Of a stretch of DNA of 37,174 bases, positions 27,044 through 35,770 are shown piece after piece. The DNA is from a virus. Lineage: Duplodnaviria > Heunggongvirae > Uroviricota > Caudoviricetes. The position numbers and the translations under genes are program-made. The notes beneath the pieces were generated by a model that worked only from the letters and a program-made list of their open reading frames with translations, did not search any database and had not been told where the DNA came from. Each line of letters starts with the position of its first letter. Within the stretch, counting starts at the first letter, position 1. The stretch lies in IMG/VR virus record IMGVR_UViG_2671181127_000013, positions 1 through 37,174 of that record. One strand, written 5' to 3'.

Positions 27044-29562
27044 TCATCCCCCTTCAGCTGTGCTACTTCCTTCAGGCTTCCGGTGCTTTCATCCCAGTGA
27101 ACAATCCGCCCGTCAGGCAGGCGAACGCGCGCCCCGCGATACACGGAAAGCGCCGCACTACTGTGTAACTCCTCGCCCGTTGTACTCAGAGTACTGGCGA
27201 TCAACCTGGTGGTCATATCCGGTTTTGCGAGTGCCGCACCGGCATATACCACGCCTTCAGGTGCGGGGAACCCGCCGCTGTTTGCGGTTTTTGTGGATTT
27301 CTGGTCATTTTTCAGCTGTTGGGTGAGCTGTTTTCTCTGTACTGGAGTCAGTGACCTTAACCACTCACCCGGATCACCTTCCGGTACGATTAGTTTTTGT
27401 TCTTTCCTCCCTTCCGGTGGTGGTGTTTTGTCCGTTTCGTTGTTTGTTTTTTCATCATGGCGACAGTTATTGCCACGAGTCCAAGGTGCGGCGAAGCCGC
27501 CCCCAACGTCAAAATCCTCGTCCGTGCTGTTGTCGGCTTTCGCTTCTTTTCTGACCAGTTTCCACTCGTCCGGATGGGTGCAGATGGTGTAGCGCTCGCC
27601 GAGCGACGGGGCACAAATTCCGTAGATGCGCTGCGGGAATTCGCCGTAGTCGTTGGCCTCATCTGCGGTTTCGTATGCGGTGCGGATCAGGTACAGGTTG
27701 CGTGGAATGAGCACGCCGCCCTGACGGTTGATGTAGGTGGCAAAACACCCCACGTCAGCGGCGGCCAGAATGGCGTCAATGTCGTCATGGTCCAGGCGCT
27801 TCGGTGATGCGGGGTTACGCTCCATTTGTCCGGCAAGGCGGCGGAGTTCACGCCATACCTGGCGGGGCGGGATACCGAAGAACTGGAACTGCCGGATGCG
27901 GTGGAGACTCGCCCAGGCAATGGCGTTTTCCACGGTTTCCGCCATGGTTTTTCCCGATTCTTTATCGGCGTAAGGTTTGCCGGTTTTCGGGTCATTGTCG
28001 TGAAAGGTGCTGGCGTCCAGGTTCTTGCCAATATAGGTTGCGATGTAGCTTGCCGGTGTGCCTTTTGCCGGGTCGATTTTTTCGCACTTGAAGCGCGGAG
28101 AAATATCATTCCCCAGTTCTGCGCGATCTGATTTGATTGCTGCGTCACGCATGATTTCAATGATGCGTTCTTCATTGTCCGGGGCGGTGAATACCAGCAT
28201 GTGCCAGTGCGGTGTGCCGTCATGGTGTGGCTCAACGGTGCGCACCCCGTACCAGCTCAGGCCTTCTTTGTTGAGTTTTTTTCTTGCAGCTGCAAAGACG
28301 TCGTAAACCAGATAATCACTGGCATCGCGCACGGTGGCACCGTTGTATTTCGGGTTCAGGCTGCCGTCCTCGTTTACGCTGTGAAAGCGGGAAGGGCAGG
28401 TCACTGTCACGAAGAACGCGGAGTCACCACGCGATTCGGCGACCTGTTCCATCCCTCTGACGCAGGCCATCATCTCGTTGCGGCGGTTGCGCGGATTCCC
28501 CAGCCCTGACCAGTACACGTCCTCCAGGCTCAGGCGTTCACCGTCTTCGTTTTCAATGTCCCAGCTTTTGAGAAAATCACGGGTGCGCTGGCGTTTCTCC
28601 CGGAATTCCTGGAGTGACTCATGGCTGATGTAGGGGGATGCCTTGCGCGATACTCTTCCGGCGGCACGCAGTAATTCCTCCCGCCAGAGATCAGCGAGGT
28701 GGCGCAGCTGGTTGTTCCACCAGGTGGCGCAGGTGATACGCATTACCGCGCCCGGTACCAGTTCAGGGTCTGGTGCCGTGCGGCGGTCACGTCTGATCTC
28801 GAGTGACGGCCAGTATGGTGGGTTCACGCCCAGTTTTATTGCCATGCGCGCCAGCTGCTGGTAAGTCAGCAACCAGGTAAACAGGTTATCGTCGCCTTTT
28901 CCTGTCCGCTCAGTAACTTCATCACATATGCGTTCCAGTTCGGTGGAAAATGCCGCCGCCGTTAGTGTGGCAAGGCGCTGAATTTGATCACGGTTGAGTT
29001 GTGGCAGCATGAGTAATTCATCAAGGCGATGACGCGCTGCGGTGGCTTTGAATGCCGTCGTGGCGAAGCATTCATTCACCTGTTCGATGCGTTTCAGGCG
29101 TGTGCGCAGTCCACGGCGAACGAAGTTATCGGCCACGTGAGTGTTGTTGTTTTTCACGCCTTCATTGCGGGCGCTTTGTTGTTTGCGGTTTAAACGCGCC
29201 AGATCACGAATGAGCACGTTGCCAAGAAACGAGGGCAGGGTGCGAAGTTCTGCCATGGCTTCCGATACCAGCGTTGGCGGATTTTCTCGTTTGTGTCTCG
29301 CCAGTTTTTCCAGTCTGATCCGGCGCTCTTCGTCGTGGTGAAGATGCGAATTAATTCGCTTGCCTTCGTCTGTGTTTGTCAGGAAGGAGACGGTTTCTTC
29401 ATCCAGTCTGGCATCAATGCGAATGTCTTCGTTGATGTAGCTCTGAATGGCCTGGCGTAATGCGGTTGGTTGCGCTCTGCCGAACGTTTCAGGATCGATA
29501 ACCGGTAGCGGGGCGTTCCACGGGTACGCCAGTTGTGCGTTATGGTCGCTCATGCGTCGCAC
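27040..29562 (-). CDS. A: Replication initiation protein A (rolling-circle nickase)
   Basis: 840 aa with GTPHWHMLVF (HxH metal-binding motif of gpA-type initiators). Confidence 0.9.
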   Translation of the reverse strand: MRRMSDHNAQLAYPWNAPLPVIDPETFGRAQPTALRQAIQSYINEDIRIDARLDEETVSFLTNTDEGKRINSHLHHDEERRIRLEKLARHKRENPPTLVSEAMAELRTLPSFLGNVLIRDLARLNRKQQSARNEGVKNNNTHVADNFVRRGLRTRLKRIEQVNECFATTAFKATAARHRLDELLMLPQLNRDQIQRLATLTAAAFSTELERICDEVTERTGKGDDNLFTWLLTYQQLARMAIKLGVNPPYWPSLEIRRDRRTAPDPELVPGAVMRITCATWWNNQLRHLADLWREELLRAAGRVSRKASPYISHESLQEFREKRQRTRDFLKSWDIENEDGERLSLEDVYWSGLGNPRNRRNEMMACVRGMEQVAESRGDSAFFVTVTCPSRFHSVNEDGSLNPKYNGATVRDASDYLVYDVFAAARKKLNKEGLSWYGVRTVEPHHDGTPHWHMLVFTAPDNEERIIEIMRDAAIKSDRAELGNDISPRFKCEKIDPAKGTPASYIATYIGKNLDASTFHDNDPKTGKPYADKESGKTMAETVENAIAWASLHRIRQFQFFGIPPRQVWRELRRLAGQMERNPASPKRLDHDDIDAILAAADVGCFATYINRQGGVLIPRNLYLIRTAYETADEANDYGEFPQRIYGICAPSLGERYTICTHPDEWKLVRKEAKADNSTDEDFDVGGGFAAPWTRGNNCRHDEKTNNETDKTPPPEGRKEQKLIVPEGDPGEWLRSLTPVQRKQLTQQLKNDQKSTKTANSGGFPAPEGVVYAGAALAKPDMTTRLIASTLSTTGEELHSSAALSVYRGARVRLPDGRIVHWDESTGSLKEVAQLKGDE

Positions 29563-29966
29563 TCCCCGGCAGTTGCCACCTGAAACGCCGCGCGGTACAG
29601 CACGAGAAGGCGCTGATATTCACCGATAAAGTCTTCTGCGGTGTATATGCCTTTCACGGCCACGCTGTGGGTTGTCATTTCCAGAACCAGCGCCATCTCT
29701 GATGACGACCAGCTGATGGTGGTGCTGTCGGTGCCGTTGATGTGAAATAAACCCAGTCCATCACCATCACCTTTCACGTCCACGCGGTAACGACCGTCAA
29801 CGGTGAAGGAGAAATCCCCGGATGTGGTGATGCTGCGGGCAGCCTGTTTACAGGCGCGGCGGTAATAGTCGTGCCAGTCGTTCAGGCGGGAAGCCAGCCG
29901 GGGATCCACTGCCCACATCCAGTTAAAAAAATCCTGAATATCTGAAAGTCCCTTAACGCTCTTCAT
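29550..29966 (-). CDS. Hypothetical protein (138 aa) upstream of A
   Basis: ORF overlapping the A start. Confidence 0.45.
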   Translation of the reverse strand: MKSVKGLSDIQDFFNWMWAVDPRLASRLNDWHDYYRRACKQAARSITTSGDFSFTVDGRYRVDVKGDGDGLGLFHINGTDSTTISWSSSEMALVLEMTTHSVAVKGIYTAEDFIGEYQRLLVLYRAAFQVATAGECDA

Positions 29967-30034
29967 GAGAACCTCCGGTAACAGATGTGCGGAAGCCTCC
30001 CGCGTACGGGTGCGGGATGGCTTCAGGATGTTGT

Positions 30035-30262
30035 TTAGTGGTGGTGTTGCTGGTTGATAAGGTCCTGCAGCTCCGCGAGATCATCCGCCAGGTAGCTGAA
30101 AACAGCGGCACAGTAACGGTTTGACAGAGCGTGAGTGCGCTCATGCAGCATATTGATGTGCATGATTTGCGCGACGCGTGAGGCGCGGAAAAGTCTGCGG
30201 TTGATTTCAGTGCGGATGTGAAGACGCTCAGCGCGGGCGCGCTGTTGCTTGCGGTTTGCCAT
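30035..30262 (-). CDS. Hypothetical basic protein (75 aa)
   Basis: ORF; Arg-rich N-terminus, His-rich C-terminus. Confidence 0.35.
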   Translation of the reverse strand: MANRKQQRARAERLHIRTEINRRLFRASRVAQIMHINMLHERTHALSNRYCAAVFSYLADDLAELQDLINQQHHH

Positions 30263-30441
30263 GGTGTGGCCTCTTTGCTAGTAAGTTCTGAAAACTCACC
30301 ATCCAGAGCTGCGAAACTGTGGGTGGCGAGACGTACGAGGTTCGCAGTACCGGCTAGCAAAGAACCCGGCCCGACCGAAGTCGGCCCCGTACGCCCCGCC
30401 ATTATTCTGACGCGAAAAAGACGTGGCGATACAGTACGCAC

Positions 30442-30462
30442 AAAAAAACCGCTGGCGCGGTT
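30442..30462 (-). terminator. Putative rho-independent terminator separating early-left genes from the replication module
   Basis: Minus-strand ACCGC-GCCA-GCGGT hairpin followed by T7. Confidence 0.4.
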
Positions 30463-30645
30463 GTGCGCTTTGCTAGTCGGCGGGCTGCGAAACCCGGCAC
30501 CCGTTTTATGAGATGCGGGAAAACTGTAACCCGACCAGACGAGCGCTGGCAAGCGGTTTTTGTGTTGCGTGCTGATGTGGTTAGAATGTGGCGAATTAAT
30601 ATCACCTGGCAACTGGTGATTGTCTGCATACGCGGGGTGTTTCTG

Positions 30646-31110
30646 ATGAGTGATAAGCTCCCTTCTGATTACGACATTCTTTTTGACCTGTGGTACAGCT
30701 ACTGGCTTGAACGTATTACATGTGTGTTTCACCGACGCGTTTCTGCTGCTCTGCGAATCAGCGCCTTTCTGGTTGGTGTTGCGGCGTTTGTCCTGTGTGA
30801 TTTTGTTGTGTTGGTACTCTTCAGTGTGGTTCTGTTTCTGCTCTGGCAGTGCATGGCTGCCAGTTTTGAACGCAGGGCTGAAAAGGCTGAATGGCAGACA
30901 GTCAGTTACCAGCGCCTTATCAGTCAGCGCCATGTGATTAGTAAGGAATGCATGATTGCGCGCCTCTCCTTTGTTGAGGAAAGTGACAGTCCCATCATGG
31001 AGTGCATGATTAATCTTGCCTGGAATAAAGCCTGTGAGGCGGTTGGCAGCTCTTCGCGCAATCATGTTTCGATCTCCGGTCGGTTACTCAGTCGCCTGTG
31101 CGGCTTTTGA
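30646..31110 (+). CDS. Putative membrane protein (about 154 aa) encoded opposite to the early operon
   Basis: ATG at 30646; 30-residue hydrophobic stretch ISAFLVGVAAFVLCDFVVLVLFSVVLFLLW; possible TTGTGT-16 bp-TAGAAT promoter upstream. Confidence 0.35.
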   Translation: MSDKLPSDYDILFDLWYSYWLERITCVFHRRVSAALRISAFLVGVAAFVLCDFVVLVLFSVVLFLLWQCMAASFERRAEKAEWQTVSYQRLISQRHVISKECMIARLSFVEESDSPIMECMINLAWNKACEAVGSSSRNHVSISGRLLSRLCGF

Positions 31111-31434
31111 TTTGCCAAACAGCTGTGCGACAGTTTCGCCGGCCGCCCGATTTTCCGGGAATGACACCGGCATGTTCAGCTTGAGTGCCATTGCGTACTC
31201 AGCCCGTGCGCCAGCGGACTCTTCCCATCCATCCAGTAAGTAAATGGCATCGGCACACATGAGCATCGGAATACAAATGCTCATGTACTGCTGCTGGCTT
31301 AATCCGTCAGGCAGCACGGCAGGATTAAGAACGATGTTTCCGGCGCACCGAAGTTTCAGGTCCTCCACGCAAAATGCCGTCCTGTTGTGGTCTTTGCATC
31401 CGGTCATGGGACCGGCGATATAAATCACTGCCAT
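31084..31434 (-). CDS. DUF4406-family protein (nucleoside 2-deoxyribosyltransferase-like fold)
   Basis: N-terminal VIYIAGPMTG motif typical of DUF4406. Confidence 0.5.
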   Translation of the reverse strand: MAVIYIAGPMTGCKDHNRTAFCVEDLKLRCAGNIVLNPAVLPDGLSQQQYMSICIPMLMCADAIYLLDGWEESAGARAEYAMALKLNMPVSFPENRAAGETVAQLFGKSKAAQATE

Positions 31435-31643
31435 GCTTTACCTCCCGTATTGCGTGTTGCTGTCAGCACGCGTACTTCTTCCACGTTTGTGGCGCAGAAG
31501 TGCGAACCGTTGATAAGGCGGATGTGATGCATCTCTGGATTGCGTGAGCCCTGGCGTGTCATGCCGGGGTCAATCAGGCTTTCGTCTACCTCGTACTGAC
31601 GGCCGTTGGCTGTGAATCTGATAACGGTTGACTCCTGGATCAT
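31425..31643 (-). CDS. Hypothetical protein (72 aa)
   Basis: ORF with overlapping start/stop in the early operon. Confidence 0.4.
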   Translation of the reverse strand: MIQESTVIRFTANGRQYEVDESLIDPGMTRQGSRNPEMHHIRLINGSHFCATNVEEVRVLTATRNTGGKAWQ

Positions 31644-31876
31644 TGCTGACCCCTTTGTCCGGCAGATTTCTCGTTGAGCTGCTTTTTAAGGGCGGCGATT
31701 TCACTTTCCTGATCCTGAATCACCCGGATTGCTTCCATGGTGATCCTCAGTAAGATTGCTGAAGTGATAACGAGCTCTGGTCTTCCAGCAGCTGCGACAA
31801 CTTTTGCTGTTTCCTCGTGTGCACGGGCGATGAGACGCAATTCCCGCAAAAGCTCTTTGTTGTTTTCGCTATTCAT
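31640..31876 (-). CDS. Hypothetical coiled-coil protein (78 aa)
   Basis: ORF in the early operon. Confidence 0.4.
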   Translation of the reverse strand: MNSENNKELLRELRLIARAHEETAKVVAAAGRPELVITSAILLRITMEAIRVIQDQESEIAALKKQLNEKSAGQRGQQ

Positions 31877-31911
31877 TTTCTGACTCCGGTGTTACTGATT
31901 CATCTGTTTAT

Positions 31912-32892
31912 TCACGTACTGGCAGGGGTAAACATCACGCTGTAAGTTGCATCTCCCGTCACAGGTCCGCAGTCCGGGCAGTAGCCACCGCCATAGTGAC
32001 CGCAGGCGTTGCACTGTCTCAGGGTGGCGATAACTTCCGGTGCTGGTTCGCGGGTTCTTGCTCCAACGCTTCGTGGTGCCTGTATGCAGTTCATCCGGTA
32101 ACCCCGATAAATGCGTCTGGTTTCCGGTGTGTCGGAATTGGAGATGGTGATTCTGGTCATGCCGCCCGTTTCCTGCGAAAGGCGGTCAAGTGCTGCCCTC
32201 AGGCGAACGTGCTCGTGTTCATCGAATGGTTTTCCGTAGGCGGTGAAATTGCCCTCGCCACTGAACCGCAGGTAAGGGGGATCGCAGTACACGCAAAGCG
32301 TGTTGCCCATGCCGAACAGGTGACTGGCAGAGCTCAGCGTATCCTTAAAATCTGCGTGGATAAGCAGCGTTTGGGTGCTGTTTGCCTTGTCTGCAAATGC
32401 GCGGATTTCCCGCTCAGGGAAGTAGGGTTTTCGGTAGCCGCCGAAAGGCACGTTAAAATCACCTTTTCCGTTCACCCGGTACAGGCCATTAAAACAGTGC
32501 CGGTTGAGGTACAAAAACATGGCGGCCAGTCGCAGTTCACGGCGGTCGCTTATTCCCGTTCTGCTACTCAGGAAGGCATGATTCTCTGCGTTAAAGGTTT
32601 CGCGAATGATGAGATAGTCACCCCTGTTGTTGTGGTTCAGGAACAGGGTTTTCGCCTCGTCGATCAGACTGTCGGTGTTGTCCCGTGCTGCCCGCCAGAA
32701 ATTAATCAGCGCACCATTGGAATCACCCAGGATGTAACGCTTGTAACTGGTGTTCATGAATACCGATGCGCCACCCACGAACGGTTCAACCAGGCAGTCA
32801 GCTTCTGGCAGATGCGCCTTCAGTGTGTTCATGATGCGGCTTTTGCCACCCACCCATTTCAGCGGTGTGCCGGATAACAGTTCTTTGCTCAT
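31912..32892 (-). CDS. DNA adenine N6-methyltransferase (Dam/D12 class) with C-terminal Cys-rich extension
   Basis: LKWVGGK N-terminal motif and DPPY catalytic motif; C-terminal CNACGHYGGGYCPDCG. Confidence 0.85.
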   Translation of the reverse strand: MSKELLSGTPLKWVGGKSRIMNTLKAHLPEADCLVEPFVGGASVFMNTSYKRYILGDSNGALINFWRAARDNTDSLIDEAKTLFLNHNNRGDYLIIRETFNAENHAFLSSRTGISDRRELRLAAMFLYLNRHCFNGLYRVNGKGDFNVPFGGYRKPYFPEREIRAFADKANSTQTLLIHADFKDTLSSASHLFGMGNTLCVYCDPPYLRFSGEGNFTAYGKPFDEHEHVRLRAALDRLSQETGGMTRITISNSDTPETRRIYRGYRMNCIQAPRSVGARTREPAPEVIATLRQCNACGHYGGGYCPDCGPVTGDATYSVMFTPAST

Positions 32893-33116
32893 AACGCGGC
32901 CTCTTTGTTATAGGTTTCGTGCGTTAATAAATCCCATGACTTCCCGTTGTTTTTGCTCAGTAATCGCCAGCGAAAACCGATTCTTATTACCAGGTAGTCG
33001 TGGGGTTTTATACGTGAAAAATTCCGCACGCCGTCGCGGAATAAACGCAGCGATGCGCGGGCTTTTCTTTCCACGTTCAGGGGGGGGCAGCAACACACAT
33101 TCAGGATGGCGGCCAT
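32889..33116 (-). CDS. Hypothetical protein (75 aa)
   Basis: ORF coupled to the downstream methyltransferase. Confidence 0.35.
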   Translation of the reverse strand: MAAILNVCCCPPLNVERKARASLRLFRDGVRNFSRIKPHDYLVIRIGFRWRLLSKNNGKSWDLLTHETYNKEAAL

Positions 33117-33125
33117 GGCTTCACC

Positions 33126-33716
33126 TCATATGTTCAGGAATGGTGTTGTGAAGCGCTGCCAGATTTCTGACACGACCTTTGCCTGGTAAACGGCGTCGCC
33201 CAGCGCGGTGTGAGCAATGGTCTCTTTGCCTGATCGGCCTGGCATTCTCCAGCCGGTTGATTCAGCCATGGCGATAAGCGGACGCATACAGCGCTCGTCC
33301 CAGTAGCACCAGGGGATGCTTTTTTCTCCGGCTGTGCGTGTTATGGCGGATTTCAGGATTGGGAAATCGAAGGATGCGCCTTTGCACCATATGGTCAGTG
33401 AATTGCCCGGGCTTTCGTCATGCATATTGCGTGAAATGAACGCCAGAAATTCGGTCACTGCTGCCAGCTCTGTTCCATCTGCGTTGCGCAGGCAGGCTCT
33501 GGCTTCCACGGATTGTCCGGCCCACCATACAGCGGTGGCTGCATTGACGGTTCCGCCGTTGCGTTCTGAATCCACCGGGTCGATGAATTTCTCAAACTGC
33601 TTGCCCAGCTTTCCGGTGAACGGGTCGAAAAACACCGCCCCAATCGCGAATATGGCTGCGTCCGGTCCGTTACCCAGTGTTTCGGTGTCAATCATGAGAT
33701 GGTTCATTATGCGCAC
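33126..33716 (-). CDS. DEDDh-family 3'-5' exonuclease (DnaQ-like)
   Basis: Exo I motif MIDTETLG and Exo III motif HTALGDAVYQ. Confidence 0.75.
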   Translation of the reverse strand: MRIMNHLMIDTETLGNGPDAAIFAIGAVFFDPFTGKLGKQFEKFIDPVDSERNGGTVNAATAVWWAGQSVEARACLRNADGTELAAVTEFLAFISRNMHDESPGNSLTIWCKGASFDFPILKSAITRTAGEKSIPWCYWDERCMRPLIAMAESTGWRMPGRSGKETIAHTALGDAVYQAKVVSEIWQRFTTPFLNI

Positions 33717-33979
33717 CCCTTCAGTTCGTCTGGGTTGGCGAGTATTGCAATCAGTCGTTCAATGGCTGCGCAGGTTTCCTGTGGACAGGTGTGTGTCTCT
33801 TTCGCTGTCTCAGTCAGCTCGCGCAGTAATTCGCAGATATGTGCACGCTCGGCTTTTCTTGCGGCCATGCTGATATGCGCATGATGGTTAGCTGGTCTGG
33901 CGGTTATTTCTCTGCCGGGTGATTCGGCTGTTCTCATTTGTTGACTCCTGAAAAAAAGACAAAGGGAACCCGAAGGCAT
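33707..33979 (-). CDS. Hypothetical protein
   Basis: ORF in the early operon. Confidence 0.35.
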   Translation of the reverse strand: MPSGSLCLFFRSQQMRTAESPGREITARPANHHAHISMAARKAERAHICELLRELTETAKETHTCPQETCAAIERLIAILANPDELKGCA

Positions 33980-34273
33980 GAATGCCTTAATTAATTGCTC
34001 GTGTGTTTTCTGGTGTTATTCCGCGCCTGCTTTCGGCTTCAGGTTATTCCCAGATCTTCAGGGCTAACCAGATAAGCGCACTCACCTGAAATATCACCCA
34101 TACAGTGGCGATGGTGTGTATTGCTTTTACATTCTTCATAAGGTTTTCGCTTTATTTACGGCGTTTATCGCCGGTAAAGAATAATTCGATATCCTTCAGT
34201 GTGTAGATAATTCGCATAATGCCGATTGCCATAAGCACGGAGATAATCAGAATTACCCATGAAAGAAATATGC

Positions 34274-34516
34274 TCATGCGGCTACCCCTGTGAAGTAAGG
34301 CTCAACAATTTCACCTTCAAACAGTTCTGTCATAATCGACTTTAATTCTTCCAGCGCTTCACGGTCATCGCTGCCCAGTGCGCAGTTGTATAGCCCCATA
34401 ATTGCGCCGCGCAGTGAGTTACGAAGGCTTTCATCCTTAGTTACGCCCCGGTTTGCGAGTTCAAAGTGATAACGTTGCAACGCGTTATTGATAAGTATTT
34501 TGTAGGCTTCGATCAT
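34274..34516 (-). CDS. Hypothetical protein (80 aa)
   Basis: ORF in the early operon. Confidence 0.4.
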   Translation of the reverse strand: MIEAYKILINNALQRYHFELANRGVTKDESLRNSLRGAIMGLYNCALGSDDREALEELKSIMTELFEGEIVEPYFTGVAA

Positions 34517-34534
34517 GGCTGAATCCTTTATTTA

Positions 34535-34870
34535 TCAGTGCTTGCTTCCCGGATATTGAAAACGCAGGCCGCTGATTAATCTGTCTGCCGTTCTTAAGGC
34601 TTCAAAAAATGTGAAGTCCTGTCCGAAGTAATCATCCCCGCGAGTCAGGGTGAAATTAAATCTGCCAGTAACAGGGCTGCGAAAACTTTTGTGAATAACG
34701 ATGCCAGTGTCGCCAATCGTCCAGGTGTGCTTGCCGGTTTGTTTTACCGGGTGACCGTCTGGTGTGGTATGGATTTCAGTGGTTGCGGTCGCACTATTTT
34801 TACGGAAGTGCTGGCGTGCAACGTGGCGTTCGGTGTTGTTATTGATGCGTGCATTTCGTTGTTGCTTCAT
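34535..34870 (-). CDS. Hypothetical protein (111 aa)
   Basis: ORF in the early operon. Confidence 0.4.
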   Translation of the reverse strand: MKQQRNARINNNTERHVARQHFRKNSATATTEIHTTPDGHPVKQTGKHTWTIGDTGIVIHKSFRSPVTGRFNFTLTRGDDYFGQDFTFFEALRTADRLISGLRFQYPGSKH

Positions 34871-34895
34871 TCTTCACTCGGTCCTTATGCGATGA

Positions 34896-35090
34896 TTACA
34901 GTGATTCGTCTCTTGTCAGCCTAAAAATCACTTCAGCCATGACTTCGCTAATTACATCGATCCCCTGATCGGTAAGGGCTTCTTTCCAGGCCTTGCTTGC
35001 ACGTGTTGGATCCATCCTGCCTGATTGCTGTTGTATGATGATGAAGCGTAAATCGCTGTATAAGTCTTTTGTTTGAGTGGAGTCAGTCAT
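34896..35090 (-). CDS. Hypothetical protein (64 aa)
   Basis: ORF in the early operon. Confidence 0.4.
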   Translation of the reverse strand: MTDSTQTKDLYSDLRFIIIQQQSGRMDPTRASKAWKEALTDQGIDVISEVMAEVIFRLTRDESL

Positions 35091-35141
35091 GTCAACACCT
35101 TCAAATCCCGATGCTCTTAATGATCCCGGTTTGTTTTGATG

Positions 35142-35666
35142 TCACTGGTTGCCTCCACTGTATTGGTGTTGCTCCAGTTTTGACTTTCTTCCTGTGTAAA
35201 CCCGCTTTCCATTGATGGTCTGGCAGTCTTCTTTGTTTGCCGGGGAAAACTTTCTTTTCTGTCGGTCGTATGTCCAGTAGCTTTTCCAGTTGTGCCATTC
35301 TGGCGGCTCGCATTCTGGTAGTTCGTCAGCCAGCTTGTCCCACTCTCTGGCGTTAAACCACCACACGCCATCCGAATTTTCATCTTCAGGGTTTGAACGG
35401 GTCTTGTGTCCAGGCATCTGATTTCGCTGAAGCGCCACGCGCAATGCAGCTTTTGTCAACCCGATATAGGCTGCCCCTTTTTCAAGTGAGCAAAGTCCGG
35501 CTACCGGGCCATCCAGTCGCAAGGTTGCCCCTTTTTTGTAGGTGCGTTTTTTCTTTTCCTCTTGGTGTTCATCGTCGTTTGTCGCGCCAACGGATTCGGT
35601 GATGCTGTCGTTTTCCTGAAGGGCTTGTGTGTCAGATAACTCTTTATCGGCAATTGACTTCCGCAT
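35142..35666 (-). CDS. Cox-like excisionase/regulator with extended acidic N-terminus (174 aa)
   Basis: First gene of the early operon, divergent from C; AAYIGLTKAALRVALQRNQMPG...VWWFNAREW resembles the Cox HTH region. Confidence 0.5.
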   Translation of the reverse strand: MRKSIADKELSDTQALQENDSITESVGATNDDEHQEEKKKRTYKKGATLRLDGPVAGLCSLEKGAAYIGLTKAALRVALQRNQMPGHKTRSNPEDENSDGVWWFNAREWDKLADELPECEPPEWHNWKSYWTYDRQKRKFSPANKEDCQTINGKRVYTGRKSKLEQHQYSGGNQ

Positions 35667-35725
35667 TTGCTATCCTCTTGCGTTGGTGCGCTTGTCGCGC
35701 CTCATGAAGGTTTGTTTAGGTTTAT

Positions 35726-35749
35726 AAAAGATACTCGCACGAGTATCTT
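35726..35749. promoter_or_regulatory. Perfect palindrome in the C/Cox switch region, candidate operator
   Basis: AAAGATACTCG-CA-CGAGTATCTTT (11-bp arms) between the divergent Cox-like and C genes, next to TATAAA. Confidence 0.5.
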
Positions 35750-35770
35750 TCGCGAGAGGTTAATACTCAA

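Noticed and set aside
30290-30400. Possible tRNA gene (prophage-associated) in the structured non-coding region
   Set aside because: No recognisable cloverleaf: no T-arm GTTCRANYC consensus with flanking complementary stems and no acceptor stem pairing; the inverted repeats are better read as a regulatory or structural element.
29953-31065. 370-aa minus-strand ORF spanning the repeat-rich non-coding region
   Set aside because: Low-complexity Ser/Thr/Arg/His-rich translation, no SD, runs through the terminator and inverted repeats; the plus-strand membrane ORF and a non-coding element explain the region better.
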